From: Chlorokybus atmophyticus
Lineage: Eukaryota > Plantae > Mesostigma and Chlorokybus algae
Assembly (NCBI GenBank): GCA_009103225.1
Contig: RHPI01000008.1
Coordinates: forward strand, 124,001-188,000
DNA: 64,000 nt
Direction of reading: 5' to 3'
Shown here: positions 1 through 12,209 of the stretch, in pieces
How the letters are laid out: every line of letters begins with the position of its first letter
Numbering within the stretch: position 1 is the first letter of the stretch
Translations under genes and position numbers: made by a program
The notes under the pieces: generated by a model
What the model was told of the DNA's origin: nothing
The model's input: only the letters and a program-made list of their open reading frames with translations
Databases searched by the model: none

Positions 1-1414
1 TGAAGCAACACTGCGCAAGCAAGCAAGGCCCCGGCGTGCAGCGGCACAACTGCGGTATCTCTTGGTGCCACAGAACACACACAAGAGAACCCAGCTGACC
101 ATCAGCCAACCAGTAGACTTGCTATGCCACAGCCTGCACATAATGCCGCCCCAGCGCGTGTGTGTGATGCATACGCAGCTCAAGCAAGCACCGCATTGGT
201 AACCATGCCATGCAGCAGCCAGCAAGAAAGCCAGCCAAGCAGAAAAGGGCAAACGTAAGCTCTGCACTAAGCCCAAGCTCAGTTGCACAACACCCACAAG
301 CACGACCCGCCTGCCCTCCCCCAACGTACCTCCGCCACCTCCGCCACCGCCGCCGTCGCCACAGCTGCTTACCCTGCCTGCTGACCACTTGCACGCTTGC
401 AGAAAGCGCGGGAAACATTAGATGCCAGTTTGCTACACTGTACTGGCACGTCATAATGGTCATAACTGGCTACAGCACAGTATGCATACTGGCATACATA
501 CTGGCGTGCGTACTGGTTTGTTGGCATGCTTGTAGGCACAACACTGGCTGGTGGGCTGGTGCCAGGAGCGGCGGGGGCGGCGGCGGCGGAGGAGGGTCAG
601 CTGCCGTCGTTGCTGTTGTATTGGTGGCGTGTGTATTGTGTGGGTTAAGCTAGGCTGCCAGCTTGTCGGCTAGCAAGCAGGAGGAGGAAGAAGCAAAAGG
701 CTGGTGCGCTGTGCTGTGTGGTAGTCCTTGCTTGCAGTCACAGCATACTCCAATGCTGGAAACCAGTGCTGCTGTGACATGCAATACTAAGCAGGCTAAA
801 GCACCAGTCATGAACTTGAGCGCATGCATCCAACACAAGTACAATCTACACTATACTTGCAGCATGGACATGCAAGCACACGCAATCCCCACCCCACGAA
901 GCATTTACCGTCCCCACTGTGTACACATGCGCACACCTACATGCGTGTTCGCGTGCAGTGCCAAAGGACCACTTGGCTTGTGGTGGAGTGCGAGGCGAGT
1001 GGGGTTGGTTCACATGCGTGTGTCTGCATCTGTTTGCTTATGAAAGTGGTACTACTTTAGTGTGAACACTGTACTTCATGTTAAATTAGCTTTCCACACC
1101 AATTCTCGTGCGCGCAGGCGCTGACAACCTTTGTGCATGGTACACATTCTCGATAGAATGCTTGGGCGTATAGCTGTTTACCGACGTTGATGAGCAAAGT
1201 GATAGACGGTATGCATTAATCAAAACTTATGGCATGCAGAGTAAGCAAGCTGCCCTGGTGGACACAACCAGCACACAAACATGGCCGGTAGTGGTGGTCC
1301 GTCTGCTGCGAGAAGAGCCATCAGTAAGCGTTGTATGTGTGCACAGCAGCTGGTGTGGAGCGCTTTGTTTGTCTTGGTTCCTTGCTTGCTACTTCAAGTA
1401 TCCAGTATACACAG

Positions 1415-2597
1415 ATGGTAACTGTGTTGCTATCCTTTACTTGTCAGCTGCTGTCTCTTCAACTCCCTTGATTGTGCGCATCTTCCAACCGGCATGTCCC
1501 ACAGCGGTGAGTGTGTGAGCATGCCCTCAAGCAAGCGCAAGAGCAAGAGCAAGTACTGCTCTAATCTTGGCTGTGCATATACACGGAAATATTGTTGGTA
1601 TGCATTGTTTGCTCTTGTGCAGCGGGAGACTGCAAGGCTAATGTTGGTGTGTAAAGGAGTGTGAGACGCGCTCAAGAGCGAGAGCCGCTTGTGGTCTACA
1701 GTCAGGTTGACACCAAGTGTCGGGCTATACGAAACATTTGACGCTTTGCTGACAAGCGCATTGCTCTCGACTGCAAGCTGGTCGACAACGTGACATTGCG
1801 AGGGTTGCAGCCGAGAGATGTTGAATTGCTTTATGCTATCCACAAGGTTTACCCGAATATCACCCACATAGACTGCAGGCTGGAAGGAATCGTTGATTCC
1901 GAAGAGATCACCCGTTCTTCTTGGGACTGTGTTTTTCTAAAGCGTTGGAAAGCGTGCGTCTCTCAGTTGAGGTCTGCAAGGGTGACCTTGATGTTGGCCC
2001 TTTGACGGCAAGTTCACAATTGCTGGACTTGACACTATGTGTTGGCACGGATACCCAACGCATAGACGGGCTCGGCAAGTTGAAGCTGAGGTCTTTTTCA
2101 TTGCGTGGATGCAAGTGCATGTTGACGGGACCAACAGGTCTGAAGGTGTTGGAAAATCAAGTGCAACAAATACGCTTGACTGGACCATTATGGGAGAAGT
2201 TTAGCAGACCTGAGCAATGTTATCAGCAAGGCAGTTCGGCGAGCAGAGGGAATCATGTTTCTTACCGCGAAGCGAAGTGATGCGTATTGGTTGCTGTTGG
2301 ACGCTTCAGTTGACACGACAATGCTGTTCTTGTAAGTGACAACGCACACAAGTTAGCGTGGTTGAGGTCTCTGCGGAGCACAATGAAGTGTGGGCTCACG
2401 CATGTGCGACTACTCCACAGTTGCGAGACTGCTTGTCCAAGCTCGCTCTCTACATGGAGGAGGCGGCAATCCATGATGAGGTTGAGTCTTTGAACGTTAT
2501 GCTTCATCATGAGCGCTATGGAGGTTTCGACTATGGTGTGCCCTCGGTAGAAGTATCTTACTTAATTGACAGACTTCCATTGGCCTGCACTGCGTAG
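1415..2597 (+). pseudogene. F-box/LRR-like gene, apparently disrupted
   Basis: Splicing ..STPLIVRIFQPACPTA|gtgagt (1506) to cag|RETARLMLVCKGV*DALKSESRLWSTVRL (from 1623) gives an F-box-like motif, with an in-frame TGA at 1662-1664. LRR-like pieces follow in different frames (ELLYAIHKVYPNITHIDC; SSQLLDLTL..LGKLKLRSFSLRGC). Stops and frame changes indicate decay. Confidence 0.55.
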
Positions 2598-4825
2598 CAC
2601 GCACATTGTTCTTGTGGTAGTCACCAAGAAGCAGGTCCAGTTGTTTCATACAACTGAGAGTGCCACAAGTAACAAGCAGCAGATCTGCTTGTTGTTGTCA
2701 CACCATCATGTCCACTACAGACCTGAAGCCAGCCATTATTGCTAGCTTTCATACAGACAGAGGGCTTGTGAGGCTGTACTCTTGTTGCTTGCAAGCACAA
2801 CAGTAAATGTCAAGGTATGCATGCTTGCACCTATCTTCCGCAATGTGGTGTACGCCGGTGTAATTGTCACGCTTACATGGCCGCGCAGGCCAAAGCTGGT
2901 GAGTAGTTGCACTTCAAATGCAAGGATTCGCCCCAGTTGGGCTTCGCTTGTGCAGCCACAAGTCGCACCCATTCAGCAACACTAGTGGCAGCACATTGCG
3001 GAACCTGCTTGCATTCAGCTCTCCACCAACAAGTCTACCGCTAAGTGCACCCCATGGACGTCCCGCAGTTGGCATCCTGCTTGACAGTGCATGTGTCCGA
3101 ACCATGTGTAGATATGCAGGGGATTCCTCTTTTGCAGCTACTGTCGAACAGTACATGGCGAACACACTATCGATGCCATCATCGCAATACCTGCAACAAT
3201 CAGGTTACACTATGATGCAAGCGCCTTTGAGAAGAGACGGAACATCCTACCGCTCATGCGCTTGTACGCAAAGCCGTGCACTACAAACACGATCTCCTCA
3301 GCAGAGGTTTGCTGACTGCCAGCTTGGGGGCCCCCAAGCCCCGGGGTAAAGCTGCGCGAGCGTGTAAGCGCATGCACGTGCGTGTGTGCACATGCGCGTG
3401 CGTGCCTGTATGTGGGTGGGTGTGCCCATCTCTTCAAGGAGGCATGCAAGCCAAGGCTAGACCGCTTGACGTAGACTCAGTTCACACTGAAGTTGCTACG
3501 ACTTGGTGGTGCAACCGAGCAGATAACTATTGTACTAGAAGTTTGACACCGAGTTTTACACGGATGTGCAGTCTGTATTGCAGATGCACTGTCACTGGTG
3601 CTGTCACCTCGCCTAACACTGTCGTCGAACCAAGCAGTATGTGCAACTGACATATGTTAGCAGCTGCGCGGCCGTTCGTGTGGCACAAAGCTTGTTTATT
3701 GACTAAATATAGCAACAACACCATGCCACCGAACGCGGCATATTGTGCTGCAGCGTTTTCAGAAGATGTCGCCTTCGTGTGCGTACACACCATGCAGGCA
3801 CAATGATCAGCTGTGCAAGAGAATGCACACATACATTGTCACAAAGCACGCCAAAAAGAATGGCAGTACAACACGTTGCCAGGTGTATGCGTCTGGTATT
3901 CGCTGAGCTCACACAAACAACTAACTTCTTACAGACGCCAAGCATGCGACTGTACTACACGGAGCTTAGTTGCCAACTGTGACTGTGTGCATTATCTTCA
4001 GTGCTATTTGGAATGGGCAAGGTAAGCAAGTACACAAAAGGTCTGCAGCAGGCACCAGTGCATACGAGCACACATGCATTGCCAAGGAGGTTGCATTTGC
4101 AACCACGTAAGTAACTGAAATGCAGTCTGTTTTTGTTGACTTGCTGCTACCCACACAGGGCATATCTCGCCTTCACGCACAGATTAACACGTCGGCAACA
4201 GCATGCATGCAATACTTGATGTGGCCAGCATCCATGTTGCAAACGTGTGCACTGCGTACAGAATCATGACAGTGTATGCTGACCAAGGTATTTGCACCCT
4301 GCAATAGCAGACTGACATCAGCCCTGCCATCATGCGGTCGTAGCGCTTGTGCACGATGACGAGGCTGCCTTCATGCAACGACCCTGCTGAGGCAGCTTCG
4401 GTTCTGTCTACCACGTCGCCGCCGCCGCCGCCGCCGCCGCAACAGCCACAGTTCTGCTCTGCTCTGCTCAGGTAAAGCGCTTAAGCCAGTAGCAGCAGCG
4501 CACGCAATTGGCCTGACGAAGCTCCACTTGGGCGGCGGTGAGCGGCTTACCTGGAAGCTTTCTTCGACTTGGTGTTGGAACTCACGGGTCCCCAGCGCTG
4601 CTTGGAGCTTGTCTAAGCAAGCGGGTTTGCTTACGAGGTCTGCTTTTTGTTGTGCCGCAGGGTGAATGCTTAAACTTGTATACGTTTAGCCTCTCATTGA
4701 CAGCTCTCATAAGGTTACCACCATCACGACACCATCGCCGCACAACACTCCAGCCTGCGATTGCTCGGAGCACAGCGCCACTTAGCACATTTGTTGGTGT
4801 AAGGAGCTCAATCACGTTCGTTCTG

Positions 4826-4863
4826 GCGCAGGTGCTTGAGCTATAGGCGTTTTCTGTTTGCAA
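4826..4863 (+). pseudogene. Remnant of the 3' end of a BTB4-like gene (VLEL-stop plus UTR)
   Basis: gcgcaggtgcttgagctataggcgttttctgtttgcaa matches the reverse complement of 23834-23871 at 34/38 nt. Both copies are followed shortly by a (CT)n tract. Confidence 0.55.
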
Positions 4864-4918
4864 ACATGTATTCCATGCATTTTGCCAAGGCAAGCGCATT
4901 CACAGATGTTTATACACC

Positions 4919-4920
<2 letters not shown>

Positions 4921-4962
<42 letters not shown>
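4921..4962. repeat. (CT)n microsatellite
   Basis: Direct reading. Confidence 0.95.
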
Positions 4963-4964
<2 letters not shown>

Positions 4965-6182
4965 TGTGTGTGTGTACGCTCGCGCGCGCACGTGATCCCG
5001 AGGCCTGCAGCTAGCGGTGTCCCCTAGCTACTGTGCCACTGGATCTGGTGTAACATCTACAGAAAACAAGTGTGTCAATCTGGCGTGCTGCATGCAGATT
5101 ACATCAGGTGACACGGCGCGCGGTGGCGGGAACATACGTACGCCATGTATCCAACACCCTACTCTTGATCAGTTGTCGAGGTTCGTCAGTCAGCATCGTT
5201 TGGTCTCTGTGGGTTTCATCTATAGATGTAGTTGTATACAGATGTGCAATGCACAAGGGTGTGCATAGCATGTCTCGCTCACTATCACTCGCAGCAGCGA
5301 CCAACAGCACACACACAGTCACGCACAGCGCCCACACGTCTCCCATGGCCATAATACTCCGCACACCACGCCCAACGTCGCCTAGGCCTAGCTGCTGCTC
5401 CTCCCCATGATTACCCAGCGCCACTGTCGCTCACTCCACGGCCAGGGCCGCGTCCACCTCTACGTTTCCTGCACCGGCGACTCCTTTGTCTTCGTAGCAA
5501 AAAGCTTTGTCAATTTGCTTGTGTGCACGAGCAGGACAGTTGGCAGAGAGTGTATGTTCCAGGGTTCCCGTGACTTTCACAGCAGCGTAGCTGGCACCAC
5601 TCATGGCTGTTGTAACTCACGGCCCTTCAAGGCTTTGGATGCCGTCGAAACGGGTCTGCATTGTGTTGGAGAAGCGAGACACCTATAGAAAGCCTGTAGT
5701 CAACAATGGGTTTGTGCTCTGCATCTGGTCAGTATGCTTGATGATGGCTACCACTCATGCAACACCAACGTGCAGACGATTGGCCGTCGTTCAAGGGTAT
5801 CGTGCTTTGATACCAGAAAGGTCTTAGGCTTCCGAAGCCTCTGAGTCCTTCTTGGAGGACACGGTGACGTCCTTTTGGTTGTTCACGTACACTCTAGCTC
5901 GTCGCCATGACTGCGTAGGCCACCAGCGTTGCATACACTCACGCCCCTCTCCTCGTGCAGGTTGTCCCCCTGCTACTTCTGCTGCACTGTACAAATTCCC
6001 ATCCCATCCTCCACTACTGCACGAACTTGCATTCCACATAGCTTATTGGGTGTTAAGGATAGTATAGTATAGTATGCAAGGATTGTGGCATGCATGAGAA
6101 TGTAGTAAACATGCATGCAGTCCGCACACTACACCATCGCACTCTTATGTGTGTACACAAAAGGGGTGTTTGTATGCCGACA

Positions 6183-6780
6183 TGTGTAGAAAATATGCAA
6201 TGCTGTGCATGTGACTCACCATTGCACGGCCTATGTGACATACACAAGCACCAGCACAATCAACATGGCAACACCCACAACATCTTTATTACCACCGGGC
6301 TACCTATACAAACCTAGCTACCTAGCTGCCTATCTTCACTACAGCCCGTACCCCGTTAGCTCTGCATGCAGGCAGACTTAATTACCTGTCACACCTGTGT
6401 GTGAGCTACTCCCCCCGGGCGAATTGTAGTGTTGAAGCCTTGTTTCTGGGCCGCTTTATGCATGTGTTGATGCTTGTATGTTGCTGTCGGTTACGCCTTG
6501 CCTATCTCTTAAAACTTATACACACAAAACCTACATATATACATGTGAACAAGTAGTCACCGTCTGACATGCTCACTAGCACACTGGCGGTGTGGCAGGT
6601 GATGATGCATGCATGTTGACTAACGGGGTAAGGGCAATAATGAAGCTAGCTACCTAGGTTGTATAGGCAGCCCGGTGGTGAAATAAGTTGCCATGTTGGA
6701 CTGTGCTTGTGCTGGCGTATGTTGCATGGGCCGTGCAACGATGAGTCACATGCACAGCATTGCATACTTTCTACACTCCA
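6183..6780. mobile_element. Foldback/MITE-like element with long imperfect inverted arms
   Basis: About 6183-6410 aligns to the reverse complement of about 6570-6780 (shared gtgtagaaa.tatgcaatgctgtgcatgtgactca, accaccgggct.cctatacaa, taccccgttag, acctg.cacacc). Many mismatches are transitions. No ORF or TSD identified. Confidence 0.6.
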
Positions 6781-7546
6781 CACACACGCTCAATTGCACA
6801 ATTACACTCTATATACATATGTAATTGCGTGCGTGTATCATGCTGTGCTATTTTCACATCACACACCGCACGCACAGCACCCAGCGTCACATACGCCCAC
6901 ACGTTACTCCATCGCACATATTGTTAACATATCCCGTCCAGCATCCCGCGGCGTCACCCGCGCCGGTGCACCGCCACACACGGTTAATTGCAAATCCGTA
7001 TTGCTGAACATCGCGGCGACCAGCACCAAGCAACTCGTCAACTTGGTCGCTTCAGGCTGCAATTGCATTGCCACTGGTGCTGCTGCCTCGGCTAAGGCTA
7101 TCTGTGAGCAAAGTACTATTCAACTACGATATGCTGCGGCCGTTAAGCCTTACTTGCAAGCGTGCTCACATACTATTGCCGTCTGGTTGGGCAAAAACGC
7201 CACCGACACGCAACTGTGCTGTTCCCTAATGCTGCTTGCGGAACTCCGCAAATCCCCTTCATGTGCTTCTGAAATGTCTCAAACCCTTTGGCCTGTGTCA
7301 AGCAAGTTCAGTTGAAAACAACACTAAATGCACGCATGCGTACACTTGTGGCATAGATACAGCACCATTGCCTCATGAGATTGAGAACGCAGCAGTTAGA
7401 TGTCACTCACCTAGTGTGTTGGCAACATTACTCCTATCACTTCGTGGTAGTTTCCTAGTGAAGTAGGGCTGCTTTTTTCCCAATGTTACCCCTACTGCAT
7501 CGTAGCTTCCAACCAAGCCGCAGCTAGACTGGTAGTTTTTCAAATC

Positions 7547-7580
7547 CTACCAGTGCATGCATGCATGCATGCACTGGTAG
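7547..7580. repeat. 34-bp perfect palindrome with a (TGCA)n core
   Basis: ctaccagtgcatgcatgcatgcatgcactggtag equals its own reverse complement. Confidence 0.9.
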
Positions 7581-7964
7581 CTTCCAACCAGACACTATTT
7601 AGTGGTCGTTTCTCCTGCACTAAACTAAACTGCATTATAGGGACAGCACTCCACTTCAAAAGAGCACTGCACTGTAGGTTGCGGAGCAGTACTATATTAA
7701 ACTAAGGCAATTTAGTAAACTGTTATGGTGAAATGAAGTTTTACCGTCGTCTGCACTAGAGCAAGATCATTTCACCACCGTTTACACTTGATGCAGCAAA
7801 AAGTTGCCGGCAAATATGTGCTGCACTGCACTCTATCGTAGATCTGCCAGCATTTCACTATGCTGCTGCTGGCTGACAGCACTTCACTAGGCTGGGCTGC
7901 ATTTGAATGCACGAAAACTACGTTGGCTGTGCATTTTGCAGGCAGCCCGCAAGGCGCAGTGCGG

Positions 7965-8020
7965 AGAATAATCTCTTTATTAAAAGAATAATCTCTTTAT
8001 TAAAAGAATAATCTCTTTAT
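7965..8020. repeat. 20-bp tandem repeat, 2.8 perfect copies
   Basis: Unit agaataatctctttattaaa at 7965 and 7985, partial at 8005. Confidence 0.95.
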
Positions 8021-8650
8021 GTATAATAAATCACTTTGCTTATCCACTCATCTACTTGATATCGCAACAACCGACAGCTGGTTCAACAGCCTGACCCCCG
8101 CAAGCATTCCCTCCCACCGCTCGTCAGTCAACAGCTGCTTGTCGTTGTCAACCTTCGTCTGCAATTAAGGGCGTGACAACTTGAAAAGATCTCCAACCAT
8201 CAGCAACGTGCGTGCTGTTTAGGGGCAATCGTGTGTGTTGTTTGAGGGGCAATCATGTACAGAAATTGAAGCGCCCACTTACATACGCTGGAAACTGATT
8301 ATGAGGCGAGCAGGCACAGAATGCTACACGTAGTTGCTGCTCATATGTCTGCTGCGCAGGTGCATCACATGGCGCCATGGCGATTAGTTGTTGAGGGTAT
8401 TTGCCTCTCAAGCAGCAGCAGGCCGGTGTTCGAGGCAACAGAGGATCTGAGGAACAGATGACGGTCTGAGCACAAGTGCAACTTGAACTTTCCAGTCTGC
8501 ACATTACAAGCAGCCAGGTGCTTGTGAGGCCTGTCCTAGGACAGGAATGCAGCCAAGTAGCCACCACAAGCTTTCAATAGTACCACTTCGTTGACACCCT
8601 TGGCGTGTGCTTTTATATGCGTGCGGACCAAGCATATCCTCGTGGGGACG

Positions 8651-8698
8651 CAAGCAACAGATGTAAGGGCCCAACCGGGCCCTTACATCTGCTGCTTG
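8651..8698. repeat. Hairpin, 22-bp arms with 1 mismatch, 4-nt loop
   Basis: caagcaacagatgtaagggccc-aacc-gggcccttacatctgctgcttg. Confidence 0.9.
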
Positions 8699-9203
8699 TG
8701 TGCTGGCTCAGCACGCCCATCAAAACAAAACACTGCTTGACTGCCATTCACCAACTCATTACTCTTCTTGAATGGTAAGCTGTCAGCTACTCGCTGTCTA
8801 AGTAGGACACCATTCCCACCTACAACAAGCGAGGCCACACTGCGCACCACCATGCATGCCTGCGTTGAATATGCAATCCGCCACTCACTCGATGATGGAG
8901 GGCGCTTCCACTCCAACAGCATAAGGAGCAGCTTCACCTCCTCTTCGCACACGCCACCACACAGCAGGGACCGCCCCTGCCGCCACTTCTAAGCCACTCC
9001 ACCTCACTGAGTGGCACTAGTCCACAGCAGCAGAGTACGCTGCAGTCACCCCAAACACTAACAGCTACGGTCGACTCCTCCTCCTTTTGAACGCTACCAG
9101 CAGAAGCAGCAGACCAAGCTCAGCTCAGCTCAGCACAGAGCTGTTGAGCACAACACCCCGCGCGATACTACCCCGCTGGCCTGCTGCTCCCACGGCGATG
9201 GCA

Positions 9204-9253
9204 ATAAGCACGACGGCGTGCATTGCATTGCATTGCATTGTTGTCGTGCTTAT
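9204..9253. promoter_or_regulatory. Conserved stem-loop in the GC-rich upstream region of BTB1
   Basis: Arms ataagcacgac / gtcgtgcttat (11 bp perfect). The same stem occurs upstream of BTB2 and BTB3. A regulatory role is inferred. Confidence 0.5.
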
Positions 9254-10447
9254 CTCTCGTTCTCAACTTCTGCCGGCAGTCAGGTCCTTACTGCGGCGCG
9301 ACAGGCTGTGGTGGATGCTGACAGCTGCGAAGGCTCGCTATGCAGGGAGCGAAAACAAGGGGTCTGTGGATTGGGATCGGTGAGGGTGGTGGCGGCGGGG
9401 GCGGCGGCTGGGACGGAGCGGGGACAGGAGGGAGAGAGGCAGGTTGTGCGGTTAGGGAGGCCAGGCGGCCTGTGTGGCAGCGCGCTTTCTGTGTGCGGGG
9501 AGTCTCCTGCAGGAGGTCGCTTGTATTGACTCAAGCTCGGAGCGCTGCTGCTTCTGGTAGGACTGCTTGCTTGCATGGTTTGCGGTGTGGATGCTGCTGT
9601 CACAAAATGCACGGCATTTGTAGCTTACTGTTCTCGTCATCGAAGCGAACCGTGAGCATTGGGCTGGCTGAACTTGCAGCAAAGCAAGTAATGGTATGGC
9701 AGTGCAACCCGCACTGCGTCAAGTGTGCAGCACTCACGCAGAGTGAATTGACATCAAACTGAGTATACCCTCAATGGCTCATCTTCAAGCTGATGACGGT
9801 CACCGACATTCTGTGCATGCTTCGCCTAGGTATTCACGGGTGCATTACGCAAGAACACTTGTTGAGGAGCAGCGAGGTTGCAGTATCAGCCTTAGCCCAA
9901 GCCAGTCTTTGGTTACAAGCGTAGATGCTTCCAAGTGCGACAACACTGGTCAGTGTGACATGTAGCTGCATGCTTTCTTCAGCCAGGTCGCGTTCAAGTT
10001 TCACTTTCCCAACCAATCTTTTATAGTGAAAGGCTTGGCATACATGCACAGGGAGCACTGGGCGACTCTGTGATGAATGTGCCACACCTGATGGCTGCGG
10101 CGACAAGCTTGGGTCGGCGTCGTCCGGCCGGGATGCAGCTTCACCAAATGCAGCAGCGCCTGTGTAGGCTGCCAAGCGGCAGCACTGTCAATCGCCCTCG
10201 CCAGCCAAATCCTCAGGTAGGCTACAACAGGGCGTCAGCTAAGCAACCGCAACCGTGTGCTCTTTTCGAAACACTTGCTGCACTGATGTGATATGACGAC
10301 TTCAGCACCGTCATAATTGCTGTTGCTGTTGCTGTGGTGTGGTTGTTGTTGCTGAATGCACATTGCTGGCCGGCCGCTGTGCGGACTTACTCCCATGGAA
10401 TGTCAACGCAGTACAAACGTCACAGCTATTGCAATTGTCATTGCTCG

Positions 10448-11411
10448 ATGGTCCAGGAGGCAAGCGACGACTTCAGCGACCTTGTGTTAGAAGTGGAAGG
10501 TCCGCTTGGCAAGCTGCCTGTTATGTTTGTCCTGTGTCATGTCAACCGGATGTCTTCCCCACCAAGTGCGTACCAATGTTGCTTGACAACACATGTACAT
10601 CACAGGCAAAGAACTAAGGACCAGTAAATGGCTGCTGGGAAGACACAGCATTGTGCTGAAAGACCTGCTTCGCTCGTATAGTTCAACGCTGATTGTGGAA
10701 GACACGTCAGCGGCAGACATGGAGTTATTCTTGAGCCTCATGGCTCCCATTGACGGAACCACACTGCTACCTGACGTGGTATGCGCGTCTTTGGTTGCTG
10801 CTGATGTTGTTCTGTCATGTTCGCAGTCAGTCATAACATGTTGAAGCTATGTACATATGCATGTGAGAAGCTACGCCAGTAACTCACATTGAAGGTTCAA
10901 CAAATTTTTCTAACCCTATGTATGCCAGGCTGCAGCGGAAAGAATGCTGGAGATGGCAAGGAAGTACCAAGTCAGGATTGTGATGCACAGTTGTGAGCAA
11001 TATCTCCTGAGCCAACTTCAACAACAACCCGCCAAGCTGGCAGCGCTTGCGGATGTTTACAGCCTGCCGCAGCTGCGTGAAGCCGTTATCGCACACTTGT
11101 CAAGGTGGGACGTGCCCATATCCGAGGTCCAAAAGCAGTACGTGTGCATGTGCCGTAGCGAGACCGTGTACGACATATTTACAAAGCGATGGCGCAATAC
11201 CTGTGCAGTTCTTGAGGAGTCTGCAACAGTGGAGTATCTGATTTATAGTGATGGTTGTGATCATGACTATGAAGGAAACGAGCCTTGGGATCAACAAGTT
11301 GTACCAGTCATCAAGACTGACGAGCCACGAGCCAAAAGAATCTGGGGGGAGAAACGCTATATCCACCCAGACACATTAGCTATATTGAATGACGCAAACA
11401 CCTTGTCGTGA
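10448..11411 (+). CDS. BTB/POZ-domain protein (BTB1), 3 exons: 10448-10499, 10606-10778, 10929-11411
   Basis: Spliced ORF MVQEASDDFSDLVLEVEG|KELRTSKWLLGRHSIVLKDLL..EDTSAADMELFLSLM..|AAAERMLEMARKYQVRIVMHSCEQYLL shows BTB hallmarks (SD.vl.v.g, h+.vL..hS.vf, L.lA.kY....l...Ce.yL). GT-AG introns keep the frame. Confidence 0.85.
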
Positions 11412-12080
11412 TTGACTCAACAGGTAGCCATGCAATGGTCGAGAGACGGTTCAGCCAGATGTAGAACTTCAGCAATCCTCACTCGCAAATGTCAGACTTT
11501 ATACAGCCATGCCCCAAATGATTGTAGATGTTGACACACTATGTGTGGTTGAACGGGGTAGACACTGCACGGGTTCATAATGACTTCAATTTTTATAATG
11601 TTGCCCGTTCGAAAGGACCATTGACACGTCATTATCACAGCATGCGCATTGGGTACTACGTGTGATGGTCAACGCAACTCATGTCATTAGTAAACACATA
11701 AAGTGCAGCGCCATGCCCGGTCACATGGTCACTAACTCTCTCGTTACTACACGAACAGCATGCATGCTGCGTGCAACTGTTGGATGCTTTATGCTAGACA
11801 CGCATGGCTTGATTGCACCACCACACCCCGCCATAGATAAGCCAGTCACGCATACGCATTGCCAATGCAGATGTCTTTCTGGTATGAAGGGCAGGCGGCC
11901 ACCGAGTCAGCTTGGCTTCACACGTCAGCAATACGTTACGGTAATATGAACACGAAGGAAGCAACCACTTAACCGCAGACGGCTTTAGAGGTATATACAT
12001 CTAGTTGCTAATGCTTTGATGTTGCTGAAGAGTTGCAAACCCGAATCCTGTCATGCTTGAAGTTTGAGACAGCACGTGTA

Positions 12081-12124
12081 TCACAAGGCTTGAGGACATG
12101 CGCAGCTGAACTCAAGCCTTGTGA
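12081..12124. repeat. Hairpin, 14-bp perfect arms, 16-nt loop
   Basis: tcacaaggcttgag ... ctcaagccttgtga. Confidence 0.9.
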
Positions 12125-12209
12125 CCACCAGCCCTTCCACACAACAACTATATCAAACAATCTCTCTCCGAGAGAGATGGGGGAGGCTCCCCCCGTCATC
12201 ACCAAACTG

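Noticed and set aside
2918-3349. ORF with faint BTB-like words (MCRY..VEQYM); similar hints at about 23060-23158 and 26770-26830
   Set aside because: Too short and weak to call by eye; needs a profile HMM.
3322-8545. Short perfect palindromes at 3322-3339 and 8530-8545; Helitron-end interpretation of hairpins
   Set aside because: 8-9 bp half-sites are near chance level, and no hairpin has a CTRR end at the expected spacing.
10295-10311. Upstream echo of GACGACTTCAGC (DDFS) about 150 nt before the BTB1-3 starts
   Set aside because: In frame only in BTB1 and preceded by a stop. The BTB2 copy meets a stop, so there is no support for a coding N-terminal extension.
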